Source: Parasitella parasitica NRRL 2501
Lineage: Eukaryota > Fungi > Mucoromycota
DNA: 64,000 nucleotides
Assembly (NCBI GenBank): GCA_025201805.1
Contig: MU619359.1
Coordinates: forward strand, 32,397-96,396
Reading direction: 5' to 3'
The stretch's first letter is position 1. Each line of letters opens with the position of its first letter. Position numbers and translations under genes: made by a program. The notes beneath the pieces were generated by a model. The model was not told where the DNA came from and did no database searches. It saw only the letters and a program-made list of their open reading frames with translations. Positions 37,256 through 48,903 of the stretch are shown here, in pieces.

Positions 37256-39039
37256 TTATTCAAAAATGTCGAGTGTAGTGAAAGGTTTGTCTCTATTTTG
37301 GTCCTTTGCATTTTTTGCCTTTTCTAATGCAATCTTCTCATCCATGTCAGCCTATTCCGGGTGGATTAATAATTAATATATATGCCAATTAATAAATAAC
37401 CATAGATGTTTACCATTTTATGATCAACCACGTTTTTGGCTTTCTTGCGCCTATGTCTCTTTAATGCAGAATTTCTGCCTCTCATTCTCTTCCTTTCTTT
37501 TTCTGGTGTATCTGGTGTGTTTGCCTCTTGCTCCTCTTCTCTTCTCTTCAATATATCGGCCTTTGTAAGCCTGTTGATTTTACCAATCTGTGTAGGGTCC
37601 AACATAATCATATCAGGCTGAAGTTTATCCAATAACGTATGCACCTCAGTTTCTTGTCTCTGCCTCTTGGTTTGGAAGGGATTGGCCTCAAGTGTATCAA
37701 AGTTGGCTTCACCTGCTCCAGGAATAACAATGCTAGAGATACCTTTTTGATGGCCATAACCCAACACATCTTCAAAAGGCACAAATTTGAGATCTTGTAT
37801 AGTTGACCCTGCTTCTAAATGTGACATGTAGGGCGATTGTTGTTTTGATCTAAATGCATCCTTCCAGACTTGAACATGTGAATTCAAGCCAACACCTAAT
37901 AAGCCTGTGTCCGAGATATCTAATGATGAAGCTGTTCGCGGTGTATAATATTCTTGAAGACAGCCGTAAGTACGAATATCCCAAATCTTCAATTGCCCGT
38001 CTGCTCCAGATGTGGCCATGTAATTTCCCCCTCTATCGACTGCCATAGCTCGCAACGGTCCGCGATGGCACTGCATTTTCACTAAAGGCGCAGGCATTGA
38101 AGGTGACCAAAGCGTCACTGTGCCGTTTTGATGGCCAAGATGAATAACAGCATTATAACGATTCTGTGTCATAGTGTTGCATGGTCCAAGTTTTGTACGT
38201 TTCTCTGCAACAAGTTCACCAGTAGATGTATCTTGGTATTTGAGATATCCATTGCTGCCGATCGATGCAAGCAGATAATGATAGGGAAGAAATTCGAGTT
38301 TATCGACATAGGTATGATTTTGCAGTCGATGAATTTCCAAGCCTGATTTATCGTAAATGTAAACATATTTCTTTTGCGCTACTGCCAGTAACGTTTCGTT
38401 ATGGAGCCACGTAACATCGCGCACAGTTTCATTGACATGTGTTTCGAAATGAAGTCCTCCAGTTTGCCAATCGAAGGCTGCAATATGGCCTTTATGGCCC
38501 CCAACCAACAAATGACGGCCGTTACGGGTATAGTCAATCGAATAAGGTCCAAATTCTGGTAAATCAAGAGAAAAGATCTATCATCGAGATTGGTGTTGGT
38601 TGAAATACTGTGTCAACATTTTCGATACTATACGTTACCTTGCTGACAGTGTTGACATCAAGACTAGGAGCAAGTTGATCTTGTCGAAATTTAAACGTTT
38701 TTTCGAGACCTTCAGCCTCCAAGTAACCACCTTCTTCCTGCAATAGCATCTCAGCCCTAGCAGCTGCACGAGCAGCATCTCTATTGTTCTTTTCTTGGTG
38801 AGTAATTTTTGCTTTCAGCTTTCTATCGGCAATTTTCTATAATCAAACAGCTTAGTTTAATAACTGTAAACGAGCTTTAAAAAAGTCAAATTTACATTGG
38901 TTTCAGCAGCAGGAGCCACTCTCATATACTTTTCTTCGTTTTGAACAGGTTCCTCACTTTCCGCCATCTTTTTGATTTTGGGTAAGGTGTAAGTTCCGGG
39001 TGCTTTTTGTTTGATGGTCTTGTTTTTATTCTTTGCCAT
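37256..39039 (-). CDS. UTP7: U3 snoRNP/SSU processome WD40 protein Utp7 (WDR46/BING4)
   Basis: GYLEAEGLEKTFK, GPYSIDYTRNGRHLL, EFLPYHYLL, PFEDVLGYGH, IPGAGEANFDTLEANPFQTKRQRQETEV; last exon ends ..TLDIFE*. Confidence 0.95.
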
Positions 39040-39967
39040 GGTTTGTGATAATATGGTGAACCCACATTTAAAAAAATCTCGAGAGTTTTGTAAATCAAGT
39101 TCGCTAGTATAAACAGTCGTTAAAAAGCAACCTAAAAGCCACGATTGTTTAGCATTGATGCATGAGATTGATCTGTATTAATATTTGATATGCTAGCCCT
39201 CATTATGAACTAGTCTTCAATAAATCATAGTAGACCACTGGAACTAAGTTATGACTTTATTCAGCTCCTTTTGATAGTTGGTTACACTTTAAATCTTCAA
39301 AATTCTTATGATATTCTTCGTTTAGATCTTTTACTCTGCGGATGCCTCCTAAAGTGTGACTAAAATCAAATACCTATGCACATTATGAATGACCAGCAGC
39401 ATACAGTACGGATTTGCATTCAAGACAGGCACTTTATTATTTATTGCAAGAACAAGAAAAAGCTACTCTAGGCCCCCTTTTCATTCTTTTCGTTCTCGAA
39501 ATGGCATTTAAGGGGAGGTCTGTTCTGTATAATCAGCTAGACGAAGGTACTTTTTTCTAGCTGGGATACTGTTGATTTTTATTTCAATTACATGATTCTT
39601 GCCTTTTTAACTTTCGAAATCACACTCATCTAGAGCAACTAGAGCTCGTTATTATCATCAGTTTCTCCTTCCGCATGATAATCGTGTTGTAAAAATTGTA
39701 CCCGCCGCTGTCAAAAGTGATTGAGAGCTTGCATTGAGACAGTGTTGCAGGGGCCTTAAATAGCACCGTAGGCCTAAAACTTGGAAAATAAGATAAAGCT
39801 ACAGAAAAAACGCACTCAAAATACCGTCAAACAAAGTAAAAGTGCTATCAAAACACACAATAGAGGTGAAGACCCATTTAATGCCATATTTGCAAGGTTT
39901 ATGCAGATTTTTTGCAGCTTTTTAAGGACAGGCTTCTTAGACTTTTTTTTGGGGGGGGGGGCCTAAC

Positions 39968-39989
39968 TTTCAAAATCGGAGCGTGCATT
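39968..39989 (+). repeat. 22-bp motif identical to 56061-56082 (possible TE terminus)
   Basis: tttcaaaatcggagcgtgcatt at both sites. Confidence 0.6.
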
Positions 39990-40435
39990 ATATAAGCACT
40001 CTACATGTGTATAAATACCATCATTAGAAAGCCAAGAAACAGGAAGACTTATATAGTATAAATTTGTATACCAATCTGTTGAATTGCCATAGGTACAGCC
40101 CTTTGAAGAAGCACCTGTTTAAAATATCACGTCAAACTGGCCTTGAGCGCTGAGTTCCGAATCGTCCCAAAAATCAAGAAACTAGGATTAAACTGTTTCG
40201 TATATGACAATGGAAAAGGCTTCAAAATATCTTCTGCTGAGCGTCTGTAGGCTGTTTTTTTCAGTCTGCACTAAATATCAGCATTCCCAGCCTCGTACAA
40301 TCAATTTGTACCTTCAATTTTGTAATCGTAGATAAACATGCGCCACTGCAGCTGTTAATATTTTTCATGAAACAAAGATCGGGTCCTGCCATTACAAGTG
40401 GGAAATAAATTGTTTATTATCAATAAAAAGAGTGT

Positions 40436-41436
40436 TTATTCAGTAGCCATCATAAGTTTAATCTTAGCAATAGCGGCACCAGGTTGAAGACCCTTGGGAC
40501 AAGTCTTTGAGCAATTCATGATGGTATGGCAACGGTAGAGAGACATTTTGTTTTGAAGCTTTTCACGACGTTGAGGACCGAATTGATCACGAGAATCGAT
40601 CATCCAACGATAAGCTTGCATCAATACAGCAGGACCAAGGTATTCTTCTTGATTCCACCAGTAAGAAGGACAGGAGGTGGAACAGCAGGCACAGAGGATA
40701 CATTCATACAAACCGTCGAGCTTCTTTCTGTCCTCAATGGATTGCAGGTTCTCTTTACCATCGGTAGGAGGTGTTTTTTGCTTGAGGAAGGGCTCGATAC
40801 TCTTATATTGCTTATAGAAGAGGGTTAAATCAGGCACTAAATCCTTGACAATGTTCATGTGGGGCAAAGGGTAGATCTTGGCTGGCTTGGAAGTGTTCTT
40901 GTCAATTTTGGAGATACAGGCCAGAGTGTTACCGCCCTCAATGTTCATAGCACACGACCCACAAATGCCTTCACGGCAAGAGCGACGGAAAGTCAATGTA
41001 GAATCTTGTTCATTCTTAATCTTGATCAAAGCGTCCAAAACCATGGGGCCACAAGAATTCAGGTCGACCTTGTAAGATTGAAGCACAGGCTTGTCGGTAG
41101 GCTTATCAGGGTTCTAGTGGTATTGTGTACCTTTTAGTCATTTTTATCTTATCATGTTTACCGTATTAGTTAATATTTTGTTTTTCTTACCCAGCGATAG
41201 ATTTCAAAAGTCTTGATCCTTGGCTCTGGGGCATCCGCAGCAGACGCCATCATAGAGGCAGGTGTGGTGTGCAATGAGCGAGTCAAAGGCTATCGATGAG
41301 AAACGTAAACAACGCGCAATCAGTATCCGCAATGTGTATGTTTTCCTTGCACAAAAACAAGACTTACGACGGCAGCTGCAGGAATCCAACGTCTAGAGAT
41401 GGAGCTTTTCACGGTTTGTAGAGCAATAGAAGACAT
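40436..41436 (-). CDS. SDH2: Succinate dehydrogenase iron-sulfur subunit
   Basis: [45 protein letters not shown]; presequence and two introns. Confidence 0.98.
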
Positions 41437-41754
41437 TTTAAGAAGGAAGAGTGGGGAGGGTGTTTACTGATTAATGAAAATGCGGGGAAAAAGCACAAAA
41501 AATGAAAAAAAGGGAGATTTGGTATACAGGCATTATTGTAACATTCGAGCAAAGAAAAATAAGCAGTACTAGGTACACATGTAAGACTTTGCTGAACCAA
41601 CCAGGGGGGGGGGGGTGGTGGTGGTGGTGATGGTGGTAGTGGAGGGGTGCGACGAGACAAGGATCAAAGGGTTTACCCAGTTGGGAATGATGGTTTATTT
41701 ATTTACAAGGGATTTGGTTTTTTTTTTTTTTTTCCGTATAATAATGTCATTTCG

Positions 41755-43302
41755 CTACATTGGTATATAGGCAGGCTCTTTGGGCCCTTCACAGACTACA
41801 TTGAGCTTTTCTCGTGCATCTGCCTTTCTATTGGCAAACACGATTCGCATTGTCTTGTACAAATAGATACGCTTCTTTTCCGTTCGACAGATCTGTACAT
41901 GGATGGCATACCGTAATAGCTGCTTTTTATCGTCGTCCTGATCTACTACATAAGATTTTTGTCGCAGAAACGTCTTTGTGTTTTTGGGCATGTCTGTTAC
42001 GTTGTAAGGAATCAAGAATAGTTTGACAGCCGTCTTGTTTGGGTTCTTGACAACAACTTGCAACTGTCCTTTGGGCGGAATGCGGTAGCCGGGTTGCGGT
42101 TTTTTCTCCAAATGCGTCGCTGCATACTCCCCAATATCCACAGTGCCGACATAGGGCGTCATGATATCGTCCTGAGGCAGCTTGTAGAACGTTGCTGGGA
42201 ACACTATGGACCAATGAGGGGGGCATTTTAACGATGGCTTACAATCGCCGTAGCCCAACACTCCAATTTGACTGTGAAACGTAATTGGCTTTGATGGCAT
42301 CGATGACATTCTCCCCGAGAACAGCGATTCTTCAAAGCTGCCAACAAAACAGCCATGGTGCTGCTGATCTGTCAAGGAACTTCGTCGCTCCATGTTGATA
42401 GGATGGTCCAGATAGGACAGAGGACTTGTAGGAGATAGCAAGTTGTTTGGTGATGTAGAGTAAGCAAACGTAGACCGAAGTCCAGAATGATGACTGCCGT
42501 GGTGGGTATATTGCATACGAGGTGACGGAATGGGTATAGCAAAAGGCGAATTCGTAATATTCTCTGGCTGGCTGTCATCTTCATCATCAATGGCAGAGAG
42601 GGATAGGCGAGAGAGCCTCCTGACAGCGATCATTGGTGCATTGTTGACGACGATTGCTGGTGATACAGCGGCTGTAGCTGTGGGAATATTAACCAGAGGG
42701 TGGATTTCTTGCAACAGAGAGGGTTGAGGCTGTTGCATTTTCGACCAAGGCATGAATGAAGGACTTGACAGTGCCTGAAGCGAGATTGCTAACTTTTTTC
42801 TGGGGTTTTCGTCATAGACTACTTCCAAGCTTAGACTCGGCAAATGGAACCGTTGCGCTTTTAGTTGAGCCTCTTGTCTGAACTCAATTCTATCTTGGCT
42901 TGAAGCATGAGAGTAGCATTGCTGATTCGGTGAGTTGTTGAAGCAAGAGATGGTGTACAGTGACTTGAACTCATTTGCAGGCATTTGATGAATGAAATCC
43001 TCGATGCTCTCGATGAAATTATTCTTGTCGCTTGGACTCGCTTCTTCTGCAGCATCGAATGACATGATCCACCTCTCCAATAAAGCGTCAGACTCTTTCT
43101 GTAGAATATTGATGACGATGCTTGCATTATCTATCTCTTCGCTTATCGATGAATCGATACATTGGCCATGGTTTTCGATGTTTAGACAATTGGCCTTTCC
43201 CTGATTTTGTAGTCTTGCCAGCAGAATAGAGTCGATTAGTTTGGAAAATACATGGTTGATTGTTGTGGTATTGTAATGGTACTGATTCACAGGAATGGGC
43301 AT
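41755..43302 (-). CDS. Atos/FAM214-like protein (DUF4210 + Chromosome_seg domain)
   Basis: FVGSFEESLFSGRMS, GYRIPPKGQLQVVVKNPNKTAVKLFLIPY, TKTFLRQK, LRYAIH. Confidence 0.85.
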   Translation of the reverse strand: MPIPVNQYHYNTTTINHVFSKLIDSILLARLQNQGKANCLNIENHGQCIDSSISEEIDNASIVINILQKESDALLERWIMSFDAAEEASPSDKNNFIESIEDFIHQMPANEFKSLYTISCFNNSPNQQCYSHASSQDRIEFRQEAQLKAQRFHLPSLSLEVVYDENPRKKLAISLQALSSPSFMPWSKMQQPQPSLLQEIHPLVNIPTATAAVSPAIVVNNAPMIAVRRLSRLSLSAIDDEDDSQPENITNSPFAIPIPSPRMQYTHHGSHHSGLRSTFAYSTSPNNLLSPTSPLSYLDHPINMERRSSLTDQQHHGCFVGSFEESLFSGRMSSMPSKPITFHSQIGVLGYGDCKPSLKCPPHWSIVFPATFYKLPQDDIMTPYVGTVDIGEYAATHLEKKPQPGYRIPPKGQLQVVVKNPNKTAVKLFLIPYNVTDMPKNTKTFLRQKSYVVDQDDDKKQLLRYAIHVQICRTEKKRIYLYKTMRIVFANRKADAREKLNVVCEGPKEPAYIPM

Positions 43303-43404
43303 TTTTTTTTTATTTATTTTTTATGGTAAAGAACGAAACAAAAAGGAAAAATGGAAACGAAAATTTTTTATTATTAATGCAGCAGCATCCAGCACCGGCA
43401 GCAC

Positions 43405-43417
43405 CACACACACACAC

Positions 43418-43451
<34 letters not shown>
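43405..43451. repeat. (CA)n microsatellite
   Basis: Directly visible. Confidence 0.95.
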
Positions 43452-43456
<5 letters not shown>

Positions 43457-43468
43457 AATGACTCAAGG

Positions 43469-44789
43469 TCACAATACTTGGTAATTGATGTTCAACTGGC
43501 TCCCTTTAAGATTCAACGAAGACGACCTAAACGCATTGGGCAAAGATTTCTTGTCAGGTGGCATGAACTCTTTGGTGGCTTTGTCTGAATTGAACAATCT
43601 GTATGTGTAATACGTCTTCCAGCACTCTTGGTCTAATTGACTCTGTATTAAAAATGATTCAAAATCGTTGCTTTCGCCTTCCAGTAGCGGCGATTTCAAC
43701 AATGCAAAGGACACCATTTGGATCCAAAATAACGTCTGTGTTTCCGAGTATTGAATGGATTTAAAGGAATCAGTGTCTGATATAATGGATAGATTATATT
43801 CTAATTGCTCAAACAGCGGTTGCATTGATTGGCGTTGCACCATATTTAGGTAGATGATTCGGATCAAACAGATGTGGTCAAAGAATAAAAATGCTCGTCC
43901 TTGATGAAACCACATATAAAATTCCTTGTCGTTAAAATGATGTGGATTTGGTACCTGATCCCAAGGCGTAATTGCATCTATTTGTTGATTTAATGACGGT
44001 GTGGGTGATATTGCTGGGACGGGACGATGTAAGCTTTGCTGGCTGGGTCGTGTTTGATTCAGCTTGAAGGTTATATAATCAAAAATGCTATCTAGGCCAT
44101 CACCTGTCAAATTATTGCATGAGAATATCCTCCAATCATGGCCATTCAGTAGATGCATAAGTGCCTCATCACTGACCCACAAATGGCCAATATCTTGAAT
44201 GTCCATAGGCGGTTGCGTATCTTGCTTTGTTGCTACGGTGATGATAATAGCATTTTTTAATATTTTCTGATACGTTTCTAATAGCCACATCATATTTTCT
44301 TTTGATTTGGATGAAACAACTTCTCTGTCATAAGCAGTCGAGTCAATCAAGTAGATTATAACTCGAGTCTGTTCATTCAAATAGTTTAAACACGAGCTTA
44401 TTTCTAATAAAAAGCACATTAAATCGTGTTAAAAAAATGTAGAAATGTTTGTCATTTGCTTTTTACCTGCAAAATCCCATAATTCAAACTGATTAGATTG
44501 ATAGGATATCGTTTCAACGTTATGTGATGAGGTGGGCATTACATCAAAATGTGTGTCAGGACGATTTACATTATATTTGAAGTAGGATCTGTAAAGAAAC
44601 GATGTTTTGCCAGAGCCACGAGGTCCCAGAATTGGTATACGGATAGGTGAATTTTTAACTTTTAAAGTTTTAATTAGTTTTACGTATGAGCAAATTTTGA
44701 TATACAACCGAACCTTCTTGTTGCAAATCTACGATTTTTTGATCATTTGGTTTAGTAGTTCGGGTGATCAAAGTTGAAAGACGCTTCAT
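43469..44789 (-). CDS. Divergent Arf-like GTPase fused to an uncharacterised C-terminal helical domain
   Basis: ILGPRGSGKTS, PTSSHNVETI, ELWDFAG|E, IIYLIDS, ATKQD, WRIFSC..TGDGL; C-domain FFDH..YSETQTLFWIQMV..YY..EFMPPDKKSLP; two introns. Confidence 0.8.
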
Positions 44790-46016
44790 GGTATGTCAAT
44801 AACGAAAAATAAAGAAAGAAATGCAAAAAGAAATAGAGGGGTATATAGTGTATTTTGGGGAAAAGAGAGAAGGAAGGAGAGAGAGAGAGGAAACGCAAGA
44901 TATGATGTAGGATCTTTTTTGGGAATCTATCCGCCAATCACTTGATGCTTAATTAAACTTGAAGTCTTTCATGTGCTTAAATTTCGTTGTCTAGGTGCAG
45001 GGTACCGCTTTACTTGCTCCATATATCTAGGCTTGTCATGACGACTAGAGAAAAAAAGCCATCTAGAGAGAATCTTTTATTATTGAATAAAAAGACCAAT
45101 GTTTATATCTATTTCTTGTATAGTCTGACGGATCAATCTTCGGTTTTCAAGAAACCATATAGTAATCTGAGAACTGGGGATTTCGGACTTGGGGCAAAGA
45201 GCACCTGCGATATTTCCTTTTTTTTTTTTTTTTTTTTTTGTAGTAGAAGTAGTAGATTAAACTTTGATGCAAATAAATTGAAAATTGAACTCAAAAGTCA
45301 ATGTATAATATCATTTGATGAGATGAATTGTAAACCTAAAATCTAATTAAAACATTTAGGTACGCTTGTATTTAGTGCACGTTCTCGTATCACTTTAGTC
45401 TTCATGTCAGTCGCAATGCTGGATTTGTTAGAAACAATGCATTGTACACAGCTCGAGAACAAGACTGAAGTTAACGACTTTTAGTAAAAGTACAAGGTGC
45501 TAGTTCATATAGACGCAAAGCTTTTATCTTTTTTGATTATTATGTATAAAACGTAAAGTACAGTCAACCTTTGACAAGTATTACAAGTACACAAATATTC
45601 AGTTATAGTTGCATCATTATATTTGGAAATATTAAAAGATTTCTCTCATGCTTTTCAGATCCTAACTACTATTTCGTTCATTATATGTATGATTTGATCA
45701 GGTAATAGCAAGTATAAATCAAAACAAAACCTATATCTATGGAAATCCTCAATGAGAAATCCAAACTGCTTCGATGTAGTCTAGCAATCTTTAATCCAAT
45801 CCTTTACACGATCCGAATGATGACATTGAGTGTCAGTAAGAGGTTCAGCCACCTGATGCCTGACATCAGAGAACGGTAAGAACCTGATACGCGGTACTGT
45901 CCCTTTGAGGTAGTTGCTGTGGCAGCAAGTCAAGTCCGCATAAAACGACTCTAACCCTGTTCTTATGTGGAGAAATTTTTTCCTTCTTTTTCGCTTATAA
46001 ACAGCAAAGTTTTGGG

Positions 46017-46904
46017 ATGCTACCGACGCTTAAGCTATTAAAAACCAGGAATCCCCAGACAGCCTTCTGTTTGCTTCGCGCTTTAGCAACAAAAAAAACA
46101 GCGTCTCCAAGGTCACTAGCAGGTCTTCAGCATGAAACTATACGCTCTATTCACACTAGAAAACCTTTGACTCTGATACTCTCTAAACGCCCGCAAAAAG
46201 AATCTTTGATGAATACATACACGATGCAACAACGCCACTTCTCGCTTTGGAATATACCCCTTTCACTAATGACAGCATCACCTCTTAAACGCCGATTAAC
46301 ATTAGCAGCATTAGGAGGTGCTGGTTTGGCAGTTGCTGTAGTCTTGGGGCCATTTTTGTTGGTAGGTATTGGTGGAATTGCTGCAGTGATTGGATTTCGT
46401 ATATGGAGGATCAAGAGAGACCTCCAAAGCGAATTGCAGCGAAGTGGCCAACCATTACAGGATTGGCCCGACTTTTTAAACGCTTTCCTGCAACAACAAG
46501 GGACAGGCGTGTTTGGGAATGACCAGCGTCAGGTCGAAACAGAAGCTGTGCGTCGTTTACAATTATGGGCGCAGTCGGAAAAAGGCAGGAATCAATTAAT
46601 TGAGCACAGCATTAATCCAGAAAGGATTACTGACAATGTATCAATGCGAGGTTCGTCATACTCATCAACAAGTTCAGATGTCGCTGGCACAACCACCAAG
46701 ATCAAAATTGAGCTGGATTTACGGAATTCGCCTGGAACTATCTTGATTGCGTCGGCTCAGCTTGACAAGAAGAGTAATACGTTGACTATCCTTGATATGA
46801 AACTGGTCACTGCCATAGGCCATGTATTGCCACTGCCATTATCCGTAAACCCGCAAAACCCGAATGGAGGAAGAGTGATAGAAGGGGAATTTTATGATGT
46901 TTAA
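46017..46904 (+). CDS. Hypothetical mitochondrial membrane protein
   Basis: Basic presequence, Gly/Ala-rich hydrophobic stretch, soluble C-domain; intact 295-aa ORF. Confidence 0.7.
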   Translation: MLPTLKLLKTRNPQTAFCLLRALATKKTASPRSLAGLQHETIRSIHTRKPLTLILSKRPQKESLMNTYTMQQRHFSLWNIPLSLMTASPLKRRLTLAALGGAGLAVAVVLGPFLLVGIGGIAAVIGFRIWRIKRDLQSELQRSGQPLQDWPDFLNAFLQQQGTGVFGNDQRQVETEAVRRLQLWAQSEKGRNQLIEHSINPERITDNVSMRGSSYSSTSSDVAGTTTKIKIELDLRNSPGTILIASAQLDKKSNTLTILDMKLVTAIGHVLPLPLSVNPQNPNGGRVIEGEFYDV

Positions 46905-47029
46905 AAATGCAGATAGATAGAGTCTGGACCCTTTTTCTCGTTCGTGTATATGATAAAACTGTCAGTTTGTTTTATTTTTAGCTTTTTCATTTTGGCTTCA
47001 TTGTGGTACATAGTAGTTTGAATAAAAAA

Positions 47030-47214
47030 NNNNNNNNNNNNNNNNNNNNNNNNNNNNNNNNNNNNNNNNNNNNNNNNNNNNNNNNNNNNNNNNNNNNNNN
47101 NNNNNNNNNNNNNNNNNNNNNNNNNNNNNNNNNNNNNNNNNNNNNNNNNNNNNNNNNNNNNNNNNNNNNNNNNNNNNNNNNNNNNNNNNNNNNNNNNNNN
47201 NNNNNNNNNNNNNN
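47030..47214. other. Assembly gap (N run)
   Basis: N characters flanked by A runs. Confidence 1.
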
Positions 47215-47275
47215 AAAAAAAAAAGGAGAAGTATAAAGTAAAGAAAAAAGGTCTTTTTCTAATTCACTTGCCAAA

Positions 47276-48322
47276 TTAGAAAACTGTTGGATTGAGACGA
47301 ATGACCATAACACTCAAATTATCAGTGCTAAAGTTGGCAAGAGCATAATCCAACAGCTTTTGACTAGCAACTTGAGGGTTCTCGATATCCTTGATGAGGT
47401 CAACTGCACCTTGGTCTTCACAAACATCCCACAACTACCATGTTACAGTATTAATATTGGAGATCAAGTAACCGAAACGTCTACTTTACCCCATCACAAG
47501 CCAAAATTAAAAAGTCATCGTTAGGTCCTAGTTCAGTCTCGGTTGTAAATGGATTTCCAACCACAAACTCCTTCATGACACTGTCTCCCAGTGATCGTGT
47601 CACAGCTAAGACACCATTGACACGATTATTCATCATAAATCCTCCAAGGTCCATAATACGTTTCGATTCCTGGGCATCAGATCCTTTATGATCGTATGAA
47701 AGTCGAACTGCTTTATTCTGACGGCTAAAGCGCAAAATAAAGTCAATTGATGTCGAACATGAAAACAGGATGAAAGTTTACCTAAGCACAGCGCGCGCAT
47801 CTCCAACATTACCAGTATATAGGATACGCTGCAGCCAAAAATTCAAAGATTGAGCTACTGTTCCACTGTGACATCCCCAGCAGAATACTTTACCTTGTCC
47901 TCGACCACTTTTACGAATGCAACAATAGCAGTACAGCCAGAAAATTTACCCTCCTTTTCATTAACCTCGCTATCTACAGCCAGAAAGGCTTTGTTTAAAA
48001 TTTCCGGCACTGATTCTTCTGGGCTGCTTGATTCAATCTGTGTGGCCAGCACCTGACAATATACACCTTAGTGAAGGAACCCCTCAAACCAAACCAAGCA
48101 TCCACATACCTTATGAAAGTTTTCGCCACACCATTCAGCCGTTGCTTTACCAGCATGGCCATCAAAAATAGCAAAAAAGCCTTGGCGGGGCACACCCATA
48201 TAGTCAAATTGAAATGTATGAGCGTCTTCCATGGTTCTGCGACAACGCTTGTTGCGATCCTCGCTCACGCCCAGCTCAAAGCCAGTTGCATTATGAGGAG
48301 ATTTGGTTGCTGATTGCTCCAT
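47276..48322 (-). CDS. PTC1: Protein phosphatase 2C, Ptc1-like
   Basis: [53 protein letters not shown]|[13 protein letters not shown]. Confidence 0.9.
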
Positions 48323-48605
48323 TTAGAATTATTAGCTATAAGGTTGTGTATTGATTTCTTAATGTGTGTGGTGTGTGTGTGTGGTGTGTGTGTGTGTGCG
48401 CGCGTGCGTGTATGTTTTTAGAAGAAAGTAAAAAGGAAAAGAGAAAAGTTATTTATAGAAAAAGGAAAAACTCTTTTTTATGTTACAATTCGGTTGTTCA
48501 AACGGTTATCAATTGCACTCATCAAACACATAGCCCCAGTCTGTCCAATCAGTCGTAGACCAATTCTAGCTGAAATACATGTAAAGTGTCAAGCTATCGT
48601 TACAG

Positions 48606-48807
48606 NNNNNNNNNNNNNNNNNNNNNNNNNNNNNNNNNNNNNNNNNNNNNNNNNNNNNNNNNNNNNNNNNNNNNNNNNNNNNNNNNNNNNNNNNNNNNNN
48701 NNNNNNNNNNNNNNNNNNNNNNNNNNNNNNNNNNNNNNNNNNNNNNNNNNNNNNNNNNNNNNNNNNNNNNNNNNNNNNNNNNNNNNNNNNNNNNNNNNNN
48801 NNNNNNN
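48606..48807. other. Assembly gap (N run)
   Basis: N characters. Confidence 1.
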
Positions 48808-48903
48808 TATTTTAAAACGTGGCATGCATCATTCAAGTCTTAGTTTATCGGCTAGTGCAGCAAAAGCGAGTGTGCTAATGAACAATGGTCGGTGAGAGGC
48901 TTT

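Noticed and set aside
46987-48895. ORFs containing X runs (also 62967-63362)
   Set aside because: They span assembly gaps.
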